Below are positions 1 through 9,870 of a stretch of 64,000 bases of DNA, in pieces. Position 1 is the stretch's first letter; the number at the start of each line of letters is the position of its first letter. The DNA lies in NCBI GenBank assembly GCA_963667175.2, contig CAXXXF010000018.1, positions 128,001 through 192,000 on the forward strand, read 5' to 3'. A program made the position numbers and the translations under genes. The notes beneath the pieces were generated by a model that saw nothing but the letters and a program-made list of their open reading frames with translations, had not been told where the DNA came from and ran no database searches. The stretch comes from Candidatus Latescibacterota bacterium (lineage in GTDB: Bacteria > Latescibacterota > UBA2968 > GCA-2709665).

Positions 1-337
1 CCACGTGGACGACGTCCTCGTGGCGGGCTGGCAGCGTGCCGCGCCCGAATCCCATCACCTTACGGAAGTCCAGGCGCTGGGCGCGGGCGAATGGGCCTTT
101 CTGGGGCTCCCGGGAGAACCGTTTGTGTCTCTTGGGACGGATATCCGCGCCAGGTCCGGATCCGGCACGCTGACGATTGCCGCGCTGGCGAACGAGTTCG
201 GGGCGATCAGCTATATCGCCGACGGGAAGTCCTACGCCCAGGGAGGCTACGAAACCGCGTTCACGCCCGTGGGCCCCGGCGGCGGCGAAGCGCTGGTGGA
301 CGGCGCTGTCGCGCTGCTGGCCGCTGGTGAACAATGA
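1..337 (+). CDS. C-terminal part of a neutral/alkaline ceramidase-like hydrolase (5'-truncated by window edge)
   Basis: QALGAGEWAFLGLPGEPF...LANE...YIADGKSYAQGGYE aligns with the C-terminus of the paralog at 30113-31408 (QALRIGDLALVAVPGE...ELAND...YLPDEQACREGGYE). Confidence 0.7.
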   Translation, partial: HVDDVLVAGWQRAAPESHHLTEVQALGAGEWAFLGLPGEPFVSLGTDIRARSGSGTLTIAALANEFGAISYIADGKSYAQGGYETAFTPVGPGGGEALVDGAVALLAAGEQ

Positions 338-488
338 ATCAATCACCGCGAGGCGGTGCGACCGCGTACATCACGACCCGCGGCCGTGTTTCTCAGCCAT
401 ACGCCGCGCTCGGGGACCGCTCCGTACTGTCCCCTCCACCGCATCAGCCGTTGACTGCCCTTGAACGATAAAAATTCAGAAATAACCC

Positions 489-553
489 TTGACAATACCT
501 TAACAGCGATACTTAGTTAGGGATCATCAATTCGGAAGTCGTCCCAATGGGAC
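489..553 (+). promoter_or_regulatory. Putative promoter of the TonB-receptor operon with a downstream palindrome
   Basis: Perfect TTGACA at 489-494 in an AT-rich patch, -10 ambiguous; GTCCCA-A-TGGGAC inverted repeat at 541-553. Confidence 0.45.
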
Positions 554-688
554 AATGAACGCGATGGATCGTCGCACCTGAGGTACAGGAATGCGGTTGC
601 CGGACGATCAGGCGCAATTCCACACGATTCCCGTCCTGGCTCCGAATCGTCGTATCTGAACTGTTCATGCGCATGGAGGATACGGATT

Positions 689-3600
689 ATGTATAGACTG
701 ACGACCGATCTGACCGTTGCGTTCGTGCTTGTTGCGTTTCTGGCAATGGCCGGCGCGGCATTGGCCGGTACGACGGGTAAGATCGTCGGGCAGGTGACCG
801 ACGAGAGCGGCGAAGCGCTGCCGGGGGCCAGCGTGGTTCTCGAAGGAACGCGGCTTGGCGCTTCCACGGATGCCGAGGGGTTCTACGTGATCATCTCCGT
901 CGATCCTGACGTATACAAGATGACGGCATCCATGGTCGGCTACCATCCGGTGACCCAGGAACAGATCCAGGTGCGGTCCGACTTCACCACGACGGTGAAC
1001 TTCCAGCTTCGCGAGACGGAGCTGGAACTGGAGGAAATGGTCGTGGTTGCCGAGGCGCCTCCGGTGGAGCCCGATAAAACGGAGAGCCGGTACGTGGTGA
1101 CCGCCCAGGATATCGCGCGGACGCCGATCCTCAGAGACGCCTCGGAGTTCGTCGCCCTGGAAGCGGGCGTGGCGGTGGACGGCAGCGGGGTGATCCGCGG
1201 CGGGCAGGTGGAAGACAATCTGATCTACGTGGACGGCGTACGCCTGCAGAACCAGGACGGACGCGCGGGTCCCACTTCGCGGGGGAGCCAGTGGTGGGGC
1301 GCCAACGTGAAGGCGCTGCAGGAGGTTTCCGTGATTACGGGCGGGATGAACGCCGAATACGGGAACGCGCAGGCCGGGGTGATCCAGATGGTCACGCGGG
1401 ACGGCGGATCCAACTATCACGGCGAGGCCGAGTATCGGCTGACGCCCGGCGGCAAGAAGCACTGGGGCGCCAACGTCTACGATGCGCCCGAACACCGCGG
1501 GCACATGCGATGGAACGATCCCGCGTGGACGTCGGAGGTGGATCCGGAGACCGGCGCGCTGGTGCACCAGCGAACGAACTACACGGACCAGCGGGGTCAT
1601 TATTTCGACGCCTATCTCGGCGGACCGCTCCTGCCTGGAACGTCTTTCTTCGTGAGTTCGCGGAACCGGCGGGATGCCGCCAGGTTTCCGGGCGCGTGGT
1701 CCGTGCGGCCGTTCAATACCCGGAACACGGCGAAGATGACCGTCCGGGCGCACGACAACGTCAAGATGCAACTCGGCTGGCTCTACGACCGCTGGAAGTC
1801 CTTCAATAACGGAGCGCTGGGCGGCACAACCCCTTCCGTCAGCAATGTTCTTCGGGGGCCGGGGCGCGATATTTTCCTGCCCGAAGGGTCGCCCGCGGGG
1901 GAGACGATCAATACCGAAAGCGTCCTCTACGGCGTGATCACGCACACCATCAGCCCGAGGACCTTCTACGAATTGAGGCTCTCGCGGTACCGGAGCATCC
2001 AGGATACCAGCGGCGTTTCAAATACGACGGCGGACGTCGGGACCGACTCGGACGGCTGGTTCTACACGGGACGGGGAAGCGTGCGCGCGTATACGTTCGG
2101 GCAGCAGACCCGGAGCGCAATCAAGTTCGACCTGTCCAGCCAGCTTACGAAAACGCACTTTTCCAAAATCGGGATTGAATTCACGGGCTACAGCAATCAT
2201 TTCGTTCGCGAAGGCAACACGCCCGGGGACGCGCGGAAACAGATCCTGTATGTCGGCAATCCGGAGCCCGGACAGCCGATCACGCCGAAGCAGTTCGCGG
2301 CCTACGTACAGGACAAGATGGAATTCGAGGGCTTCATTGTGAACGCCGGCATTCGCTACGACCGTTTCTGGGGCGCCGACGTTCCGGTGATGGGCGCGTT
2401 GCGGGCGTTCCAGTACACAACGATGTCACGGTATCTCACGGCGCCCAGGTACCCGATGAAGCCCATTGTCAACTGGAGTCCGCGGCTGGGTATCTCCCAC
2501 CCGATCACGTACCGCTCGAGTCTCCACTTCTTCTACGGGCATTTCTATCAGTTGCCGAGTTTCTACCAGATGTTCCACGACCAGTGGTTCGGTTCGGGAG
2601 ACGGAATACCGGGCATCGGTTTCAGTGAATACACCAGCCACTACCGTCCGGCGCCCACGTCCGTCTCGAGGCCGATCTGGGACAATACGGCGCGAACGAT
2701 CAGCTTCGAACTGGGCGCGGACTGGAACTTCGTATCCGACTATACGCTCGCGCTGGCGACGTTCTACAAGAGTGCCTCCTTCCAGGAAACCGGAGGTTGG
2801 GACGTTTTCCTCTATCCTGAGTTGCGCGGCGCGGGAGTCCGCCTCCGTCAGCGTCTCTCCAGCACCCTGTCAAACATCCGCCTGGAAGACACACGTGGCC
2901 TGGAATTCAGCCTGAGGAAGGGCTTCAGCCACTACTTCTCGTTCCGCGCCGCCCTCAACGTGGCCTGGAGCGATTACAGTCTCGGCGGCGGCGGTACCGT
3001 CAGCAACGGCGCCACCGTGATCCCCGACTCGAACTATATCGCCAGCGGCAATTATTTCTTCGCCTGGGAGGTCGCGGGCGGGTCGGAACGTCCCGTAACC
3101 CTTAGCGATGAACAAATCCGGATCATCGGTCACGGCGCCAACGAAGCCATCAGAAACGCCCAGGCGGACCGTCGGGTCGCCGGGGGGTACGTCTACGACT
3201 TTTCAACCAACAGGGACGCCATCGTCCCCACCTGGGAGGAAGACTGGCTTTCGGACGAGGCCCGGGAGGGCGCCCGCGGCCTGTGGATCGTTCACGGACA
3301 CAGGGCGAATGAGGGTACGGACGTGGGTCGGAGAAGCCAGGGCAGCCTCCAGATGTTCCTGTCCACGCCGCAGGATTTCGGCGCCGGGCCGAAGATCGGC
3401 GGCAGCACGCTTCTGGGTGGCGTCAATGCCAACCTGATCTACCGGATCTATACCGGATCGCAGTTCACCTATCTGGTCCTCGACGGGACGCGCCAGATTG
3501 CGAGAGGTCCATTGCGTACCGTCATGGATCTGAACGTGCAGAAACGCTTCGAACTGGGCAGAGCCAGCGCCGACGTCTTCCTGGAGGTCTTCAATCTGTT

Positions 3601-3766
3601 CAACCAGCGGGACGCGCTGGCTTCAGGAACCGACTATATGTGGTGGGGGTTGCAGAGGCCCCGTCCGAACGACGCGAACTATCTCCAATTCGGCGACTTC
3701 CAGGACCGCAGCCGGTACGTGGGTGATCCCCGTATCACACACGTGGGCATTCGTATGCGGTTCTGA
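689..3766 (+). CDS. TonB-dependent receptor with N-terminal carboxypeptidase-regulatory-like domain
   Basis: Signal peptide; GTTGKIVGQVTDESGEALPGASVVLEG domain; plug motif ITGGMNAEYGNAQAGVIQMVT; YVQDKMEF/NAGIRYD barrel strands; terminal Phe; GGAGG RBS. Confidence 0.92.
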   Translation: MYRLTTDLTVAFVLVAFLAMAGAALAGTTGKIVGQVTDESGEALPGASVVLEGTRLGASTDAEGFYVIISVDPDVYKMTASMVGYHPVTQEQIQVRSDFTTTVNFQLRETELELEEMVVVAEAPPVEPDKTESRYVVTAQDIARTPILRDASEFVALEAGVAVDGSGVIRGGQVEDNLIYVDGVRLQNQDGRAGPTSRGSQWWGANVKALQEVSVITGGMNAEYGNAQAGVIQMVTRDGGSNYHGEAEYRLTPGGKKHWGANVYDAPEHRGHMRWNDPAWTSEVDPETGALVHQRTNYTDQRGHYFDAYLGGPLLPGTSFFVSSRNRRDAARFPGAWSVRPFNTRNTAKMTVRAHDNVKMQLGWLYDRWKSFNNGALGGTTPSVSNVLRGPGRDIFLPEGSPAGETINTESVLYGVITHTISPRTFYELRLSRYRSIQDTSGVSNTTADVGTDSDGWFYTGRGSVRAYTFGQQTRSAIKFDLSSQLTKTHFSKIGIEFTGYSNHFVREGNTPGDARKQILYVGNPEPGQPITPKQFAAYVQDKMEFEGFIVNAGIRYDRFWGADVPVMGALRAFQYTTMSRYLTAPRYPMKPIVNWSPRLGISHPITYRSSLHFFYGHFYQLPSFYQMFHDQWFGSGDGIPGIGFSEYTSHYRPAPTSVSRPIWDNTARTISFELGADWNFVSDYTLALATFYKSASFQETGGWDVFLYPELRGAGVRLRQRLSSTLSNIRLEDTRGLEFSLRKGFSHYFSFRAALNVAWSDYSLGGGGTVSNGATVIPDSNYIASGNYFFAWEVAGGSERPVTLSDEQIRIIGHGANEAIRNAQADRRVAGGYVYDFSTNRDAIVPTWEEDWLSDEAREGARGLWIVHGHRANEGTDVGRRSQGSLQMFLSTPQDFGAGPKIGGSTLLGGVNANLIYRIYTGSQFTYLVLDGTRQIARGPLRTVMDLNVQKRFELGRASADVFLEVFNLFNQRDALASGTDYMWWGLQRPRPNDANYLQFGDFQDRSRYVGDPRITHVGIRMRF

Positions 3767-3825
3767 CGCGGCCGGGCATGGCGTATACCGGAATCATGGA
3801 TGCCGACACGAAGGAGACCTTCGAC

Positions 3826-6132
3826 ATGAGCAAGATTTCCAGGATCGAGGCGATGGCAGTGCTCGTTGCGTTGCTTTTGTGCGTGCCTGACCCCGCGGCG
3901 GCGCAGGAGAATCACAGGTTCCAGACCCGCGCGAAGGTGTGGGATATGTTCTGGAACTACGGGACTCAGGGTGTTTCCGAAGACCCGGACGCCTGGTTGA
4001 GCTATTACCGCCAGATGGGCATGCAATATCCCGGCGTATGGACGCGCCAGTATTCCACGGAATTCCAGGACTACTGGGGAGAGCGGAGCTGGGGCTCCCT
4101 TCATCCTGCCTACGCGGCTCTGTTCGAGTCGACGGCCACGATGCCCGGTTTCAGCACGTTTATCGCAACCCGCGTGCCGGACGACCCGGAGGGCGAATAC
4201 TACGTGTCGATATCGAAGCCCCGCGCCATTACGGACGACGTCAGGATGATGTCCTACGATGCGTCCATGGGGCCGGAGGCGAATATCGGGTACCCGAACT
4301 ATTCTCCCGTAGGACCCGCGATGGCCAACTGGTGGCCGGGCGAGTCGCCTGTAGAAAGCCGGTACGTCACCGAGATTCACAACTACAGGTACGGCCACTA
4401 TATGGATCCCGATAAGGATAATTTCCCCGAGAGCCTTCTCATCATGCGCTGGACCACGAAGCGGGGGATCACGGTAACCAAGAAGGTCTATACCTGGAGT
4501 TATCCCGACTACGACGACTTCCAGATTATGGAGTACGAATTCGAGAATACCGGTGACTCGGACGGGGACGGCGCGGCGGACCTGAACGGGGGCGCCGGGC
4601 TGCGGCTGAACGACACCTTTTTCGCCTTCTCGGTCCGCTTCTTCATCTCGCAGGCCGGACACGGATGGATGAACTACGATGCATGGTATCGGCGAACCCG
4701 GCCCACGGACAACGACGACTGGTTCAAGTTCACCGAGGCGGCCAATTACGACGGGCCCGCCGCGGGATTGGGCATGAAAATGTGGTACGCCTATGACGGG
4801 GACAACCCGCTCATGCCGGGAGACGACATCGGCAAGCCGTACAACCCGTCCTCGGCGAACCCGGGATACGCGGGGCGGCCCTCGCAGGTGCGGGCGCCGG
4901 GAGAGTTGACGGCATTTCAGTATACAGGATTCGCGCCCATCGCGTACCTGCCGTCATCCTCGAACGATCCGGGCACGTTTTCCTACGATACGAAGGGAGA
5001 CGACAGCTACGTCGCCCCCAGGATCGAAGACCAGCCCCATACGGTAAGGTGGTGGGAATACCGGAACCGGGGCGATTTCGACGAGCCGGACCAGGACAAC
5101 CATTCTTTCCAGGAAATCTATGACCTGTTGATCGGCGCCGAGTCCGATATCAAGGACAATCCCCCCGTGGTCGGGGCCTGGCACGGGTCGATCGCGTACG
5201 GTCCTTACCACATGGCGCCGGGGGACAAGGCCAAATTCGTCTTCGTCCTGGCGGCGGCCGCGCCCGTGGAAGAGAATATCTGGGGCTGGGCCAAGCAGGG
5301 CAAGCAGGCTGAGATGCGTACGGACAAAGCGTTCAACAACCTGGTCAAGCACGTCAACAAGGCCAAAGAGGCGTTTCAGTGGCACTACGACCTTCCCGAC
5401 GCGCCGCCCGACGTGAAGGTGGACGTGGGCGTGACGACGGAAGGTTTCATATCTCTGGCCTGGGACGACGTGGCCGACGACGCGGCGAACCCCGACTACT
5501 CGGGCGCGGAGGCCAACGACGTGCTGGGCTACCGGGTCTACCGGTCTCTCTTCAAGCGCGACGACTGGGAACTGATGGTGGAGATCCCGGTGAAGTCGGA
5601 CATATTCTATAGTGGCGGCACGTACGAATTTGTCGACAAGAAATCGATCGCGGGATTCCTTTACGATTACAGTGTCCGCACCTACAGCGATGCGCACAAC
5701 GACTGGAACGGCACGGGCATCGCCATTCCGTCCCTGGAGAGCGGCAACAGCTCGCCGGAGCAGTGGGTGAACGGCGTCAAGGTCTCTACGCCCTATGTTC
5801 CGTCCACGGCGCAGTCCGATCAACTGGACAGAAAGGTGATCGTGACCCCGAATCCATACCGGGATGACGGCGCCCACGCGTATGAGAACAAGGGTCAGAT
5901 CCGCTTTCTGAACATACCGCGGAAGTGCCAGATCCGGATCTACACGGTCGCGGGGGACCTGATCGCGGAGGTCAATCACGACGACCAGGGGCGGGGCGAG
6001 ACCACGTGGAGCCAGACGACCATCGACAACGTGGGTTCGGCTTCGGCCGGCGTGTACTTTTACGTGGTTGAGTCGTTGGTGGACGGGACGTCCGGAAGAA
6101 CCCAACGTGGAATATTCGTGATCAGCAAATGA
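3826..6132 (+). CDS. Secreted protein with FN3-like domain and T9SS type-A-like C-terminal sorting domain
   Basis: AAGGAG RBS before ATG 3826; signal peptide; DSDGDG Ca-loop; FN3-like ISLAWDD...LGYRVYRS...YDYSVRTY; C-terminal VTPNPY...IRFLNIPRKCQIRIYTVAGDLI...GVYFYVVE...IFVISK. Confidence 0.8.
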   Translation: MSKISRIEAMAVLVALLLCVPDPAAAQENHRFQTRAKVWDMFWNYGTQGVSEDPDAWLSYYRQMGMQYPGVWTRQYSTEFQDYWGERSWGSLHPAYAALFESTATMPGFSTFIATRVPDDPEGEYYVSISKPRAITDDVRMMSYDASMGPEANIGYPNYSPVGPAMANWWPGESPVESRYVTEIHNYRYGHYMDPDKDNFPESLLIMRWTTKRGITVTKKVYTWSYPDYDDFQIMEYEFENTGDSDGDGAADLNGGAGLRLNDTFFAFSVRFFISQAGHGWMNYDAWYRRTRPTDNDDWFKFTEAANYDGPAAGLGMKMWYAYDGDNPLMPGDDIGKPYNPSSANPGYAGRPSQVRAPGELTAFQYTGFAPIAYLPSSSNDPGTFSYDTKGDDSYVAPRIEDQPHTVRWWEYRNRGDFDEPDQDNHSFQEIYDLLIGAESDIKDNPPVVGAWHGSIAYGPYHMAPGDKAKFVFVLAAAAPVEENIWGWAKQGKQAEMRTDKAFNNLVKHVNKAKEAFQWHYDLPDAPPDVKVDVGVTTEGFISLAWDDVADDAANPDYSGAEANDVLGYRVYRSLFKRDDWELMVEIPVKSDIFYSGGTYEFVDKKSIAGFLYDYSVRTYSDAHNDWNGTGIAIPSLESGNSSPEQWVNGVKVSTPYVPSTAQSDQLDRKVIVTPNPYRDDGAHAYENKGQIRFLNIPRKCQIRIYTVAGDLIAEVNHDDQGRGETTWSQTTIDNVGSASAGVYFYVVESLVDGTSGRTQRGIFVISK

Positions 6133-6214
6133 GACGGCCGAATTGCCGAGCCAGCGAAATCCCGGTTCGCCTTCTCGTGGAACCGCTCAATCGAAACGGA
6201 GAAGGAACAAACCT

Positions 6215-7168
6215 ATGAAACGGATCTTGTGGATTGGAATCGTGGCGAGCGCAGGATACGCGATGCTGTTTCCCGAGGTCGCCCGTTGCGACACGCAGAA
6301 GCGCCTCGGCCAGGCGGTGTTCTCCGTGCACAAGGTGGACCATGGGGCGCGTGTCGCGGGCATGGGCGGGGCGTTTACGGCGATCGCGGACGACATCAGT
6401 ACCATATTCGTGAACCCGGCCGGACTCACCTACGTCGAAGAGATGGAGTATACCCTTTCGTACACCCGCTGGCTCGTCGATACCCGATTCTATTCGGGCG
6501 CGCTCGCCTACAATACGGCCCGCGGCGTGGTCGGGTTGTCCGTCATGGCATTTTCGGTGCCGGACGTGGAAGAGACAACCATTTACCAGCCCATCGGGAC
6601 CGGAAGGATGCTGGAGATCGGCGATTTCAGCATTGGCGGTTCCTATGCGACGAAGTTGACAGACAAGCTCTCGTTCGGATTTCAGGTACGGTGGACCCAG
6701 GAAACCATCGACGTGGACAAGTTGACCGGCGTGGACTTCAATTTCGGCACGACGTTCAATACGGGTTTCAGAAGCCTCCGGCTGGGGATGGCGTTCAAGA
6801 ACCTGGGCAAAGACATCGAGTCCAGGGAACTCAACTACCAGATGCCGGTTGCGTTCGACTTCGGTTTCGCGGCGGAAGTCTTCGGTGAAAAGGGCCGCGA
6901 CCCCACGTACCTGACGGTGACCGGCGAGAGTCACTACGCAACGGACTACTCCGAGCCGCGATATCGCATTGGCGGCGAACTCTGGCTGCAGAACGCATTC
7001 GCGTTGCGCGGCGGCGTCAGGCCCGGGTACGATACGGAGGTGTACAGCCTGGGTCTGGGATTGAAGGTCAAGCCGGTCGAGGGCAAGGTGGTACGCGTGG
7101 ATTTCGCGTACAGCGACGGCAACGACTTCGAACCGCCGCTTCGCTTCAGCCTGAGCGGATCGTTCTGA
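6215..7168 (+). CDS. PorV/PorQ (UPF0164)-family outer-membrane beta-barrel protein
   Basis: GARVAGMGGAFTAIADDISTIFVNPAGL signature; amphipathic strands; terminal Phe; signal peptide from ATG 6215. Confidence 0.88.
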   Translation: MKRILWIGIVASAGYAMLFPEVARCDTQKRLGQAVFSVHKVDHGARVAGMGGAFTAIADDISTIFVNPAGLTYVEEMEYTLSYTRWLVDTRFYSGALAYNTARGVVGLSVMAFSVPDVEETTIYQPIGTGRMLEIGDFSIGGSYATKLTDKLSFGFQVRWTQETIDVDKLTGVDFNFGTTFNTGFRSLRLGMAFKNLGKDIESRELNYQMPVAFDFGFAAEVFGEKGRDPTYLTVTGESHYATDYSEPRYRIGGELWLQNAFALRGGVRPGYDTEVYSLGLGLKVKPVEGKVVRVDFAYSDGNDFEPPLRFSLSGSF

Positions 7169-7224
7169 CGGGCGCCGGTTCGGCGTATGCCTCGCAGGTT
7201 CCTAAAAACGGGAGGAAAATCGCT

Positions 7225-7314
7225 ATGATGAACGCTCGAACGCTGTTCACACCAGGATCCATTGTTCCTGCTGCCGGTCTGCTCGTCAGCGATATCGGGT
7301 TGATGCTGCTTTGA
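7225..7314 (+). pseudogene. Relic signal-peptide fragment of a fourth Cache-like paralog
   Basis: GGAGG RBS, then MMNARTLFTPGSIVPAAGLLV, matching MLKARTLLTPSGMIPVAGLLV (9871) and MMKVRMLFTKAYVHPVFGLLA (11752); stop after 29 codons. Confidence 0.75.
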
Positions 7315-7519
7315 GAGGTGGCGTCCGGGGCGTCGAATTTGAGAATGGAGACGCCAAAGCCGCCGCTTAGTCCTTCCGGATGCGCTCCCCGCCATCCACA
7401 ACGTCTGGCAATATCTCTATTTTCCCTTCTCCGGAACACTTCCTGCTTCCCAAAACATCGTTCCGTTTCATGCTCCATGAATTCGTCTGGCTAAGTCGTA
7501 CGAACGCCAACGTCGTCGT

Positions 7520-7625
7520 GTTTCATATTGAGATACGCATATCGCATAGTGTTTCATATTGAAATATTAATTGGCGTATCGGTTCAAATTGTGTTATAAT
7601 ATCATCACATATCGTTTCATATTGA
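7520..7625 (+). promoter_or_regulatory. Sigma70-type promoter embedded in a phased operator array
   Basis: TTGGCG(7571)-N18-TATAAT(7595) with extended TG; GTTTCATATTGA at 7520, 7551 and 7614, plus a 9/12 copy at 7581. Confidence 0.75.
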
Positions 7626-7720
7626 GACATTCAATACAGGGCCGCTTCTATCCCGCAACGCCCTCCGGGTGTCCCGGATCCGATCAGTCAATTAAGCCAT
7701 AGGCAAGGAGTACCCTCGGG

Positions 7721-9538
7721 ATGAAAATTCGAACGTTACTCGCCTCAGCATACGCGATTCCTGTTGTCGGCCTGCTCGTGCTGGCCGGTTTCTTCGCCAA
7801 CCCGCATCCCGCCCTGGCGCAGACAGATGAACCTTGTCCACTCCCTCCGGGTGTGACGCCTCCTGCGGAACCGCGGGTGACGGCGCAGCAGGTGGAAGAC
7901 GGCAGCGCCAGCCTGAAGGACTTCGCTCTGGCCGCAAGGGATCAATTCAAAGCGCCAAGCATACTCCCGTATCTTTTGTGTGACATCAGGCAGGAGGGGG
8001 GGGCTTACCGTTCCGGTTCCACCTACCTCGCGCAACTGACGATGGACGGCAGGGTGTACGTTCACGCCAAGAGCATGTCATTGTCGGGAAGGCTACTCAA
8101 CCCCGTGATTTATGCGGAGATCCTTTCTGCGCTGGGCGTCTCCCCAACCGTTCTGGCCGATCTGGCTTCTCCCGATCCTGCCGTCGCCGCCCGCACCTTC
8201 GGATCCCTCTATGCCGCATTGGCACAAGACCGGGATGCCCCATTCGATGCGTCCAGCCACATACCGGGCGCCTCTGGCTATGCCACCACCTTTCTCGACC
8301 TGACAGGCGCCCCACTTGTGATGCTCGCGGGATTCGATCTGGACGAATCTCACCTATCCGAAGAAGAAATCGATTACGGCAACCCGGCCGTTACTGCAAG
8401 GGACGTGGTGGACCGCAGCACGCTGAAAGCCTTCGTCTCGGAAGCGGGAAAGTACTTTGGCGAACGCCTGAGGGCCGGCGGTTCAGCCGCGACGCAAGCC
8501 AAGATCGCCCTGCGTGATCCGAACGGCCCCTGGCGACACGGTTCCGTGTACCTCTACATCCTGCTCAGCCACGCCAACATAGTCATGTTTCACGGCGCGT
8601 TTCCAGACAGATTCGAGCTTCAGCCTTTGGTAGGGATTGCCCGAGATGGCGTTACCGGAGAGCTCATTCTGCCACAGGTCCTCGAAGCGGCGAAGAGTAG
8701 CCCGGAAGGCGGCTTCGTGGAATATTTCTACGACGATCCCAACGACGACACAGACCGAGCCGATCTCCCCAAGGTGGGTTACGCCCGCGAGTTTATTGGT
8801 GAATACGGCTTGCCGGACGGAAGCGGAACCCGGGTCGCTTACATCATCGGGTCGGGCTTTTACGGTCGGGCGCCCGAGATTGTCTCGACGGGTCCGAGCA
8901 CGGTCGTGGAGGGCACAGTGGTTGGCGACGCCGTTGAGGGCTTGGACGTGGCGTTTTCCCGTGCCGTAGCCGGCCGCCGGTCCGACTACGCGTGGAGCGC
9001 CGTGACCGATGCTGCCGGCCTGTTTACCCTGACCATCTCCGGCTCGGATGGGCTGGGCGGCTACTATCGGGCCCGGGCCACCAACGCCGCCGGCGAAATC
9101 GTCGGCCAGTGGGCCAGCATCCCTCTGAACGAAGGCCGCCGGCAGGTCCTGGAACTGACGCTGGGCGGCGGCGCGCGGGTCGTCCGCGTCGCATCGTTGG
9201 AATCCGCCGAAGAGCCGGTGGCGGCATCCAAGCCCGCGTTCGCGTCAGAGGCAGTGCCGGAAGCCAGCGGTCTGTCGCCCAATTCGCCCAATCCGTTCAA
9301 CAGCGCCACGCTGATTACCTACCATCTGGCCAGCGCGGGTCCGGTGCGGCTGGTAATTTACAACGTGCTGGGTCAGCCCGTACGGACGCTGGTGGACGGG
9401 TCCCGTGTGGCGGGCAGCTACCAGGTGAAATGGGACGCGCGCGACGAGGGGGGCGTCTCTCTGTCGACGGGGGTCTATATTGCGAGGCTGAGCTATCCTG
9501 GCGGCGCCCAGACGCAGCGGCTGCTCTACCTCAAGTAG
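7721..9538 (+). CDS. Secreted tandem Cache-like domain protein with Ig-like and FlgD/T9SS-type C-terminal domain (paralog 1)
   Basis: Signal peptide; Cache-like motifs YLYIL...IVMFHG, GGFVEYFYDDP...KVGYAR...IIGSGFY; C-terminal PNPFNSATLITY...IYNVLGQPVRTLVD...WDARDE...GVY. Confidence 0.75.
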   Translation: MKIRTLLASAYAIPVVGLLVLAGFFANPHPALAQTDEPCPLPPGVTPPAEPRVTAQQVEDGSASLKDFALAARDQFKAPSILPYLLCDIRQEGGAYRSGSTYLAQLTMDGRVYVHAKSMSLSGRLLNPVIYAEILSALGVSPTVLADLASPDPAVAARTFGSLYAALAQDRDAPFDASSHIPGASGYATTFLDLTGAPLVMLAGFDLDESHLSEEEIDYGNPAVTARDVVDRSTLKAFVSEAGKYFGERLRAGGSAATQAKIALRDPNGPWRHGSVYLYILLSHANIVMFHGAFPDRFELQPLVGIARDGVTGELILPQVLEAAKSSPEGGFVEYFYDDPNDDTDRADLPKVGYAREFIGEYGLPDGSGTRVAYIIGSGFYGRAPEIVSTGPSTVVEGTVVGDAVEGLDVAFSRAVAGRRSDYAWSAVTDAAGLFTLTISGSDGLGGYYRARATNAAGEIVGQWASIPLNEGRRQVLELTLGGGARVVRVASLESAEEPVAASKPAFASEAVPEASGLSPNSPNPFNSATLITYHLASAGPVRLVIYNVLGQPVRTLVDGSRVAGSYQVKWDARDEGGVSLSTGVYIARLSYPGGAQTQRLLYLK

Positions 9539-9570
9539 CAGGAGTCGGTTGGCGCAGGACGCGTTCGTCC

Positions 9571-9640
9571 GAGAACCCGTCCGGAAACGCTTGATGAGTC
9601 TTGATTACGAGGCTATCAAGGGTTACCGGACGGGTTTTTC
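9571..9640 (+). terminator. Long hairpin / terminator-like element after paralog 1
   Basis: aacccgtccgg...ccggacgggtt arms followed by a T run; homologous to 13640-13711. Confidence 0.6.
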
Positions 9641-9870
9641 AATTGCATAAGTCGTTTCAACGGGTCCGTACGTAAGGTTCACTTATTCGACAGGTCGCAG
9701 ATTGATGGTAAAGTGATTATCGGTTCGTATTTTTGTTGCAGATCGGATGGAATTTACTTTATATTTAGCTTCTGAAGGTTCGGCCCTGAGTGGTGGACCA
9801 ATGGCTCGGGGAGAAGAGGGTCAGCTGTGGTCGCTTGCGCGACGTCGCCCATCAAGAAAGGATTGCCATC

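Noticed and set aside
500-688. Cobalamin or TPP riboswitch before the TonB receptor
   Set aside because: No recognisable B12 box or TPP core by eye; needs Infernal to exclude fully
7520-7625. Mini-CRISPR array
   Set aside because: Repeats are only 12 bp, overlap a promoter, and no cas genes are present
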